Shown in pieces: positions 1-7,340 of a DNA stretch of 20,000 nt (positions within the stretch are counted from its first letter, which is position 1; every line of letters begins with the position of its first letter). Source of the DNA: an uncultured virus (IMG/VR IMGVR_UViG_3300041402_000811) (taxonomy: Duplodnaviria > Heunggongvirae > Uroviricota > Caudoviricetes). The notes beneath the pieces are model-generated. The model searched no databases. It saw only the letters and a program-made list of their open reading frames with translations, and was not told where the DNA came from. The stretch lies in the IMG/VR virus record IMGVR_UViG_3300041402_000811. One strand, 5' to 3'. The translations under genes and the position numbers were made by a program.

Positions 1-786
1 GATCCAAATAATCTTGAACTTTCAGGAGAAGAACCTGCTACAGATGAAACTATTACAGCGGAATCTCTTCCAGTAGATCCACCTGAAGAAAATACTGTAG
101 AAGAAGTAGCTGACACAACTGAAGTAGCACCTGGGAATGCTGAAGAAGCAACAGTAGAAACACCAACTAATGAAATTCCTATTATACCTTTTGGTGAATG
201 GTTTGCAACATATAGCACCAACTTTGCCAGCATCCATCAAAGTAGAATTTCAATTCCAGGTGTTGATCCAAATGAATATCTGATGGTTTCCATTGATGAT
301 CCTGATGGAATAGAAAGTCAACCTGGTGTTAGAAAAAGATCATTGAGATTATTTGATGATGCTTTAACTCAACCAGTTCTCAATCTGGCACCATCAGATC
401 TACAAATCTATAAAAGTGGTTTCAAAACCGTATATCCTCTGAACGATGAAACATATATTAAAATGTATGGGGTTAAAACAGGACTGATCGCAATGTTCTG
501 TCACTCATTAGATAATAGTCTTATCCCATTTTCAAAAATTGTTGCGAAGAGAAAAGATCTATTTATCAATATTCAAACAAATAATATTGAAAGTTATAGA
601 GAACAATTATTACAACCTATTGATATGGAAGCTCTTCATCTTCTGTATAGACAAAGTATAAAAGCTGGTGTCTTTGCTACAAAAGGAGCAGCAATCCATT
701 GGTTGTTAACTCGACAGGATGCTATTACGGATATCAATCATCATCTTCTGATTGATAAAGTGGTAATGTCTTTATTGTCTAGTTAA
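1..786 (+). CDS. Hypothetical protein, 5'-partial, with acidic Glu/Pro/Thr-rich N-terminal region
   Basis: Frame 1 is open from base 1 (DPNNLELSGEEPATDETITAESLPVDPPEENTVEEVADTTE...) and runs in frame into the tracked ORF 283..786. The true start lies upstream of the window. Confidence 0.8.
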   Translation, partial: DPNNLELSGEEPATDETITAESLPVDPPEENTVEEVADTTEVAPGNAEEATVETPTNEIPIIPFGEWFATYSTNFASIHQSRISIPGVDPNEYLMVSIDDPDGIESQPGVRKRSLRLFDDALTQPVLNLAPSDLQIYKSGFKTVYPLNDETYIKMYGVKTGLIAMFCHSLDNSLIPFSKIVAKRKDLFINIQTNNIESYREQLLQPIDMEALHLLYRQSIKAGVFATKGAAIHWLLTRQDAITDINHHLLIDKVVMSLLSS

Positions 787-788
787 CT

Positions 789-851
789 CCTTGACTCGGG
801 TAGAAGTTTAATTCTCCCCCCTTGATGCGGACTTCTATCCGAGTTCAAAGG
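789..851 (+). promoter_or_regulatory. Long intergenic hairpin reaching the ribosome-binding site of the next gene
   Basis: ACTCGGGTAGAAGT (794-807) pairs with ACTTCTATCCGAGT (831-844): 14 bp with one G-U. Imperfect extension of CCTTG (789-793) onto TCAAAGG (845-851) reaches the AAGGAAGGA SD before ATG 859. No U-tract follows. Confidence 0.6.
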
Positions 852-858
852 AAGGAAT

Positions 859-1587
859 ATGAAAATAAATCCAAATTTAGAATTTATTATAAAAGAAGTT
901 TATATCTATGATATTGAGTCGTGTCATTATACTCTTATGAAAATGAATGGATATAGATTAGATAATATAGATCCACATGATAAATTATCTAGAAATATTG
1001 CAATCGGAAAAATGATGCAAAAGAATCCAAGACTCACAGAATTTTTAAGAAGTACAACAATATCATTAATAGATGAATACATAACAGCAAATGAAATTGA
1101 GAAAGATGATATTGTTATTAGACAATATGATGGATTATTACTTACTAAATTTCTACATAAAAATAATATACAAGAAATCCCTTTAAATTTAAGAAGAACA
1201 TTTGATGTATTTATTTCATCAATAAAAAAAGATATGTATATCGCTATTGATACTATGCAACAACCTTCAATTAAAGGGATTCCATTTAGATATTCACATA
1301 TGGATCAAATTTATAAAAAAATATGTCAATTAAATTTTTTTAATAAACCTGAATTGTTTAAAGGTTTAGAAAGAATAAAAAATTTAGTTCTTAATTCTAA
1401 TGATGTAAATTTATTTGCTATTCCTACAAAAGATGGAAAATTAAGTATTTTTTTAAAGGGTTATGGTGAAATGGAAATAACATCAAGCACACTAAAATTG
1501 GTTGATACTAATGAGATTGATAAACGAAGATATTTTGATATTTATCTTTCGCCATTTACAAAAAGTATCGTTTCACAATATGCTTAG
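859..1587 (+). CDS. Miniature family-B DNA polymerase-like protein without a 3'-5' exonuclease domain
   Basis: Motifs in PolB order: YDIESCHY (motif A, DxxSLYP), KLSRNIAIG (motif B, KxxxNSxYG spacing), IRQYDGLL (motif C, DTDS/NTDG-like), KKDMYIA...IKGI and C-terminal IDKRRYF (IDxxYY-like). SD present upstream. Confidence 0.6.
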   Translation: MKINPNLEFIIKEVYIYDIESCHYTLMKMNGYRLDNIDPHDKLSRNIAIGKMMQKNPRLTEFLRSTTISLIDEYITANEIEKDDIVIRQYDGLLLTKFLHKNNIQEIPLNLRRTFDVFISSIKKDMYIAIDTMQQPSIKGIPFRYSHMDQIYKKICQLNFFNKPELFKGLERIKNLVLNSNDVNLFAIPTKDGKLSIFLKGYGEMEITSSTLKLVDTNEIDKRRYFDIYLSPFTKSIVSQYA

Positions 1588-1595
1588 GAGGTCAT

Positions 1596-2207
1596 ATGAA
1601 AGTATTGAATGTTGCAGCTGGAAAAATGTCATATTTAAAAGGTGTCGATCAACAAGAGGGATCTAGCACCTTTGTTATAAATATAGATTCGATGTATTAT
1701 AATTATACGCCAACTGATATTATTGAATCTAGATATTATGAATGGACTAAACCTGGAAAACGTGAAAGAAAAGATGAAACTCATTATTGTAAGGAAGATG
1801 TATTTCAATTTTTAGAAAGAACAACAATGGAATTTGATATGGTTACAATTTATAGATTTCTTGAACACGTTTCCTTTACACAAGTTCTATATTTTATATA
1901 TCTCATTTCTACAGTTGTTCGCAAAGGGGGAATGGTCGATGTAATTGTTCCAAACTATGAAAAACTTGCTAATATGATTTTAGAAGAAGATATTAATGAT
2001 ATAAATTTTGAACGTAAAAATATTCTCTTGACAACTGAATTATTAAATGAACCATCTTGTCCTCACGCTTCAATATGGACTCCACAAAGAGCTAAATATT
2101 TTTGGGAATTTGAGGATAGATTTACAATTTATGAAGAACTAATTTGGGAAACATTTAAATACGATCGTCGTGATATATATCTTCGATTCCATTTAAAGAG
2201 AAAATAA
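1596..2207 (+). CDS. Class I SAM-dependent methyltransferase (type 11-like)
   Basis: N-terminal VLNVAAGK (LNxGCG-like motif I), FDMV...FLEHV, VRKGGMVDVIVPN and a distal H-x-x-x-W motif (PHASIWT). SD AGGAGG at 1586-1591. Confidence 0.75.
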   Translation: MKVLNVAAGKMSYLKGVDQQEGSSTFVINIDSMYYNYTPTDIIESRYYEWTKPGKRERKDETHYCKEDVFQFLERTTMEFDMVTIYRFLEHVSFTQVLYFIYLISTVVRKGGMVDVIVPNYEKLANMILEEDINDINFERKNILLTTELLNEPSCPHASIWTPQRAKYFWEFEDRFTIYEELIWETFKYDRRDIYLRFHLKRK

Positions 2208-2515
2208 TGACAACTTCAAGATATACAGTAAATAAAAAAACATCTCCTATTCGGATGATGCATAGTGCCGATATGGTCATTGCTATAACAAGAGAAATAG
2301 ATGAACCAAAAAAAAGAATTGTTAAAATATTAAAAAATAGATATGGTCCGCATGGAAATGTAACTCTGCAAACAACAATTAATGTTTGCTGTCGTATGAT
2401 TGCTATGTCTATTTTTGGAGGTAAATCATTAAAACTATTTCGAGTAGAACTAGAAGAATTAATAAAAGAAACAATAATGAAAAAGATAGGTGATATTCAT
2501 GACCCCTTTCAATGA
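2207..2515 (+). CDS. Small protein resembling the C-terminal end of DnaB/RecA-type helicases
   Basis: SADMVIAITRE...IVKILKNRYGPHG matches DnaB motif H4 (ADxVxxxxR...xxxKNRxGxxG). No Walker A/B. TAATG overlap with the upstream gene. Confidence 0.55.
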   Translation: MTTSRYTVNKKTSPIRMMHSADMVIAITREIDEPKKRIVKILKNRYGPHGNVTLQTTINVCCRMIAMSIFGGKSLKLFRVELEELIKETIMKKIGDIHDPFQ

Positions 2516-3431
2516 GAGAGCACAAGAGATGGGACTTAATATTTCAGGAGCCCATAAAGGTTTATACGCATATGAAGATAGATATTCTAAAGTTGCATAT
2601 CGACAATTAGGATCTGGAGCTGAACCAGAAGGCGATCCAATTACTCCACCACATCCAACAGATGGACAAGGAACTTCTATATTAGGAATATGGACCGCAC
2701 CTCCCAATACTGATGACTATACATACATTGGTTACGTTTCACAGATGTATAAATTTGTTGGCAATGAAGAAATAACTGGTAGAGTCATTGAATCATTAGA
2801 GGAAATTGGCAATCCGATATTAAATACAACCTCTCTTATTCTCGATGATTTTAGTGGTATTAGAGAAGAAGTTGTATTACAAAGTAGTTTAAATTCACCA
2901 CAAGCTGGAGATATTCATCCTGCTATGATTATTGGTAATAGTTATAATGGTCAAAGAGCAGCAACTGTTGGTTTTGGAATTACCATTGATGATGTTCAGA
3001 TAGATCGACCTACAGTATTTGGTTTCTCTTTGGGTGAGATGAAGATGGTTCATATTGAAAGTTCCAATACTAGACTATCTTCAGGGATCAATCAATACCT
3101 TGAAGTATTCAACAATGACATACTTGGTATGATTGAAACTAGTTTTTCATCTCCATTGACTCAAGATCAAATGTTCACAACTCTAGATGTCATTGAAAAG
3201 TATGGTAAAAAAAGAAGAGATAAAATTACTGATATATTAAAGACTTTACAACCACTACCAATAGATGGTCAACCTCCTGAATTACCAAGTGCCTGGCAAG
3301 TATTTTTATCTATTACAAGATACTGCGCACTTGAACCAAATTTAAATATGAAAAGATTATTAGAAAATATTGCAGAAAGTGTATTAGTTGTTCCAACTCG
3401 AATGTATGAAGTGTTGGATCAATTACAATAA
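2499..3431 (+). CDS. DUF932/DUF945-like phage protein
   Basis: IIGNSYNGQRA resembles the family's NSxDG motif and SAWQVFLSITRY resembles the TxWxxxNxxTxY motif. Start moved to ATG 2499, which has SD AGGTGA at 2488-2493. Confidence 0.5.
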   Translation: MTPFNERAQEMGLNISGAHKGLYAYEDRYSKVAYRQLGSGAEPEGDPITPPHPTDGQGTSILGIWTAPPNTDDYTYIGYVSQMYKFVGNEEITGRVIESLEEIGNPILNTTSLILDDFSGIREEVVLQSSLNSPQAGDIHPAMIIGNSYNGQRAATVGFGITIDDVQIDRPTVFGFSLGEMKMVHIESSNTRLSSGINQYLEVFNNDILGMIETSFSSPLTQDQMFTTLDVIEKYGKKRRDKITDILKTLQPLPIDGQPPELPSAWQVFLSITRYCALEPNLNMKRLLENIAESVLVVPTRMYEVLDQLQ

Positions 3432-3435
3432 GATC

Positions 3436-3472
3436 AAAAAAGAGGTACTATATATTGAGTGCCTCTTTTTTT
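3436..3472. terminator. Intrinsic terminator, probably bidirectional
   Basis: AAAAAAGAGGTACT-atatattg-AGTGCCTCTTTTTTT: stem with one G-U, flanked by A6 and T7, directly after the stop at 3431. Confidence 0.85.
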
Positions 3473-3484
3473 GTCTAAATTTTT

Positions 3485-3503
3485 TTGGAACAAAATATAA
3501 AAG
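3485..3503 (+). promoter_or_regulatory. Candidate phage late promoter, copy 1 (TTGGAACAAAATATAAAAG)
   Basis: Intergenic, just after the terminator and before the first structural gene. Near-identical to 4760-4777. Confidence 0.55.
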
Positions 3504-3520
3504 AATGGGAGTTTTTGTCT

Positions 3521-4756
3521 ATGACAACAAGATATTGGTCACCATCAAGAACATATGAATTTGAAGTAAAAGTAGCAGATAGAGACCTTACTCCCGATTT
3601 ATATAAATTAACTATTTTAACTTCAATAGACCTTCCTTATCAAACATTTGTATTAGAATTTTTTCTTGATCCTAATGACTTAATACTAGAAAAGATATAT
3701 GGTCAACAAGAAATTAAATTAACAGCAAAATTAATGGCAACAGCTCCTAGCATTGTCAATGATCAAATTGATTTTAGTTTAATGTATTTATCAGGAGATA
3801 TTCCTTTAAGGGTTCAAAATACAATACAAAATCAAACAGATATTCAAAGATCACCAATCACGATAACTGCAGTTTCTCGTAAATCATTCATCACTATGTC
3901 AACTTATGTTAATGATATTTTTACAAATACCACTATCGGTGATATAGTTTCAAATTTAGTAAGCAAAGCAAAGGGAGAATTAAAACAAGATATTGTAGGA
4001 AGAAATACTGAAAAATTAGATCAAGTTCTTATTCCTCCTACAACTCTCTATCAATCCTTAAAACATTTAAATAGAACTTTTGGTATATTTGATGGATGGT
4101 TAGCATTATGGTGTTCTCATGATAATAAAGTTTATTTAAAAAATTTAACATCTAAAATGAAATCATCTTATTTATTTTCAGTATATCAATTTGCATCTAA
4201 TATTGATAACGAAAAAATTATAGAAACATTTGATGAAGAAGTTTATTATACTCGATATGATATTAAAACTTCATATACTGGAAATACTAAATTTGCTATT
4301 TTTGCTCCAACGATGAAGCATATTGTTAAACCAAAAGATAAGTTGAGTAATACAATTGAAATTAAACTGGAAGAATTTTCTAAAACATATGGTTTAATAT
4401 CTAAAAGGAATAAAATATTTTTTGATAATACAGCTATGACCACATCAAATAGACAAAGAATTTATAAAGACCATACAGGATATGAAGCAAATGAATCATT
4501 TATTAATTCAAATATGGCAGAAGAAATTGGAGATTTATCAGTAATTAAAGTTTCATTGGAACGTTATTTAAAAATGAAAAATCTTATGAATGTTGGTGAA
4601 GCAGTAACGTTCATTTCAAAAGTTGATGACTATAAAGACTTAACAGGAGTATATATTCTTAGAAACTCTGAATTGAACTTTATCAAAGCAAAAGATTGGG
4701 AATCATCTGCAGAAATAACACTAATTAGAACAAATAGAATTATATCTAAAAGTTAA
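3521..4756 (+). CDS. Probable baseplate hub / tail protein (T4 gp27 / late control D-like)
   Basis: About 411 aa, beta-rich, with a C-terminal NVGEAVTF...LTGVYILRNSELNF...SAEITLIR pattern typical of hub proteins, in a structural context. Start moved to ATG 3521 (SD GGGAG 3507-3511) because the tracked TTG start lies inside the promoter-like motif. Confidence 0.5.
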   Translation: MTTRYWSPSRTYEFEVKVADRDLTPDLYKLTILTSIDLPYQTFVLEFFLDPNDLILEKIYGQQEIKLTAKLMATAPSIVNDQIDFSLMYLSGDIPLRVQNTIQNQTDIQRSPITITAVSRKSFITMSTYVNDIFTNTTIGDIVSNLVSKAKGELKQDIVGRNTEKLDQVLIPPTTLYQSLKHLNRTFGIFDGWLALWCSHDNKVYLKNLTSKMKSSYLFSVYQFASNIDNEKIIETFDEEVYYTRYDIKTSYTGNTKFAIFAPTMKHIVKPKDKLSNTIEIKLEEFSKTYGLISKRNKIFFDNTAMTTSNRQRIYKDHTGYEANESFINSNMAEEIGDLSVIKVSLERYLKMKNLMNVGEAVTFISKVDDYKDLTGVYILRNSELNFIKAKDWESSAEITLIRTNRIISKS

Positions 4757-4759
4757 AAT

Positions 4760-4777
4760 TTGGAACAAATATAAAAG
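4760..4777 (+). promoter_or_regulatory. Candidate phage late promoter, copy 2 (TTGGAACAAATATAAAAG)
   Basis: Fills most of the 28-bp gap before the terminase gene and abuts SD AAGGAG. Confidence 0.55.
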
Positions 4778-4784
4778 GAGTTTT

Positions 4785-6440
4785 ATGGGTAATTCATCAA
4801 AGTTAAAAAGATTAGCTCAAAAATATGTAGAGGAATTCATTAAATGTAAAGCATCATTTGATTACTTCTGCAGAAACTATATTTTAATTGAGCTACCAGG
4901 AAGAGATGAAAAATTAATTCCTTATAAAAAACAAACTGAACTAATTGATTTAATTGAAAGTCGACATTATGTCCTTGTTCTTAAAAGTAGACAGATTGGA
5001 ATTTCAACAGTCATTCAAGCATACTCTGTCTGGTTAACTATATTTTTCGATAACGTTGTAATAGGTATTATTTCAAAAGATGGAAAAGAAGCAACTGATT
5101 TTGCTAGAGCTATTAGAGGGATGATAGAGAAACTTCCTGATTGGATGAAACCATTAAAGGGTATATTAGGTAGAGGATTTGCAAAAAGAACTGAACAATC
5201 ATTTATTCTAACAAATGGTAGTAAAGTTTTTGCTTCACCAGTAAATCCAAATGCTCCAGAAAAGACTCTTCGAGGTAAAGCAATTACATTCCTAGTTATT
5301 GATGAAGCTGCATTTGTTCACCATGTTGATACCGCTTGGACATCTATGGTTCCAGCACTTTCAACAAATCAAATGCAAGCTCGAAAAGCTAATATTCCAT
5401 TTGGAACAATCGTTCTATCAACTCCGAATAAAACAATTGGTGTTGGTCAATGGTATTTTGAAAGATATTTAAAAGCAATATCTGGTGATGATATTTTTAA
5501 TCCTTTTGTTATTCACTGGAAAATGATTCCAGAACTTGCTGAAGATCCTTTATGGTTTGATACCCAATGTAGATTATTTGACAATGATAAAAAGAAAATT
5601 GCCCAAGAGTTAGAACTAAAATTTCTACCAGCAGAAGGATCATTCTTTGAAGCTGATACAGTTGAAAGAATGCAAGAGAATACTATAAAACCATTAGAGA
5701 AAATTAAATTATATAATGGAGAAATATGGTCATTTAGTCCAGCAATAGCAGGGACAACTTATATTATTGGAGTTGATACAGCACCAGAACATGGAACAGA
5801 TAAATCAGCTATAACAGTTTGGGATTATACAACTTTAGAACAGGTATGGGAATATCAAGGTAAATGTAAAGTTCTTGATTTTGTAAATGTTGTTAAAGTT
5901 GCAGCTACAACATATAAGAATTCTGTTATAGTTGTAGAATCAAACTCATATGGAAATCAGGTTGTAGAACACTTAAATGCAAGTGAGTATTCACCACAAT
6001 TATATAAAGAAAGACGTGGAAAAGATACATTAGTTCCAGGTCTATCCACTAACTCTAAAACTAGACCTTTAATGATTGATGCTTTATATTCATATATGAC
6101 TGAATATCCTGAATCTGTAAAATCAGAAAGATTAGCATTAGAACTAACAGGACTTGTATCTAAAGCTAGTGGAAAGGTTGAAGCTGATACTGGATGTACT
6201 GACGATATAGCATTATCTTCAGCTCTATGTTTTTATGTTAGAAAATACGATCCACCTCTAGCATTGCAGATGAACATGATAGATGGTTCAATGATAACAA
6301 ATGATCTAAAAGATATTCTTAATTATAATATTGGTCACTCTGATGTTGAATTTACTGATCAAAGTATTATGAAATATATTAAAAATAAACCAGAAGAAAA
6401 TGTAGGATATATAGATACAATAAGTTTCTTCAAGGGGTAA
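4785..6440 (+). CDS. terL: Terminase large subunit (T4 gp17-like)
   Basis: Walker A LKSRQIGIS, Walker B LVIDEAAF, motif III STPN, RNase H-like nuclease residues IGVDTA, VVESN and TDDIALS. Confidence 0.95.
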   Translation: MGNSSKLKRLAQKYVEEFIKCKASFDYFCRNYILIELPGRDEKLIPYKKQTELIDLIESRHYVLVLKSRQIGISTVIQAYSVWLTIFFDNVVIGIISKDGKEATDFARAIRGMIEKLPDWMKPLKGILGRGFAKRTEQSFILTNGSKVFASPVNPNAPEKTLRGKAITFLVIDEAAFVHHVDTAWTSMVPALSTNQMQARKANIPFGTIVLSTPNKTIGVGQWYFERYLKAISGDDIFNPFVIHWKMIPELAEDPLWFDTQCRLFDNDKKKIAQELELKFLPAEGSFFEADTVERMQENTIKPLEKIKLYNGEIWSFSPAIAGTTYIIGVDTAPEHGTDKSAITVWDYTTLEQVWEYQGKCKVLDFVNVVKVAATTYKNSVIVVESNSYGNQVVEHLNASEYSPQLYKERRGKDTLVPGLSTNSKTRPLMIDALYSYMTEYPESVKSERLALELTGLVSKASGKVEADTGCTDDIALSSALCFYVRKYDPPLALQMNMIDGSMITNDLKDILNYNIGHSDVEFTDQSIMKYIKNKPEENVGYIDTISFFKG

Positions 6441-6443
6441 ACA

Positions 6444-7328
6444 ATGTCTCAAAAAATACAAGAATTTTTTGCACCTCCTGTTGGACTCAAATTAGTTGAC
6501 ACTGTTGATGGAATGAAATTATATTCTTCATCAAAATTAATGAAGAATTTTTTATTAGCATTTAAAAAGTCTAGTAGAGGAAGTGATAAAGTTAAAATAA
6601 TTGAAAAATTAATGAAGAAAGGATTCATAGTTCCTTGTTTTAGATCTAAAGGTGTTTTTAATTTTCTAAAATATAAGATGTTTGGAGATAACGAATCAAA
6701 ATCAATTTTAGGAATGTATCATATTGAGAATAAAAGAGTTTATATTTTAATTGATAATAATTCTACTATTTTTGGAACTTCATCTAATGATGAAATGGTA
6801 TCAACTACCTTGCATGAAACAATGCATTTAGCAGCAGGTAAAAATATGAAAGGTTTCTTAAAAGTTATGATGCCAACATTAAGAAAATACTATGGAGAAG
6901 CTTTTACTTTAATTTTTTCTTTAAAATCTATTCCTAATATTGATAAAGTGATATATCATTTAGCATCATATGAAGATTCAAAAAATAGACCAGTAAATAA
7001 ACAACTATCTGAATATTATCATTTACTCTATGATACTTTTAAAAGTTCAACAAAATTAGAGGAAAAAGATTTTAGATTAAAACTACAAAATTATATTGTA
7101 GCTATGAAAATATTCTTTGTAAGTTTTTCAACATTTGTAAGATCATATAGAAAATGGCAGAGTATATTTATTGAATTAAATCATGCTTATGAAAAAACAT
7201 TTGGAAAACGAAATATATATACATCTCCATTTCAAGAATTAGTTTCTGTTTCAGAAGTTGCTTGTGTAATGGCAGAAATGAGATCAAAAGATCCAAGAGT
7301 AAACTCAATATTGAAAATATTGAGATAA
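6444..7328 (+). CDS. Hypothetical protein with HExxH zincin motif (possible metallopeptidase)
   Basis: ILGMY...VYILID strands precede the helix TTLHETMHLAA. Candidate third-ligand Glu in FQELVSVSEVA. Confidence 0.5.
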   Translation: MSQKIQEFFAPPVGLKLVDTVDGMKLYSSSKLMKNFLLAFKKSSRGSDKVKIIEKLMKKGFIVPCFRSKGVFNFLKYKMFGDNESKSILGMYHIENKRVYILIDNNSTIFGTSSNDEMVSTTLHETMHLAAGKNMKGFLKVMMPTLRKYYGEAFTLIFSLKSIPNIDKVIYHLASYEDSKNRPVNKQLSEYYHLLYDTFKSSTKLEEKDFRLKLQNYIVAMKIFFVSFSTFVRSYRKWQSIFIELNHAYEKTFGKRNIYTSPFQELVSVSEVACVMAEMRSKDPRVNSILKILR

Positions 7329-7340
7329 GGAGATTAAAAG

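Noticed and set aside
4760..4784. Archaeal BRE-TATA reading of the repeated motif
   Set aside because: The TATAAA here is only about 10 nt from the terminase ATG, too close for archaeal initiation roughly 25 nt downstream of the TATA box. Host domain cannot be settled from this window.
4785..6440. Intein or intron in the terminase
   Set aside because: The ORF is continuous and of normal size (551 aa), with no splice-junction or homing-endonuclease motifs.
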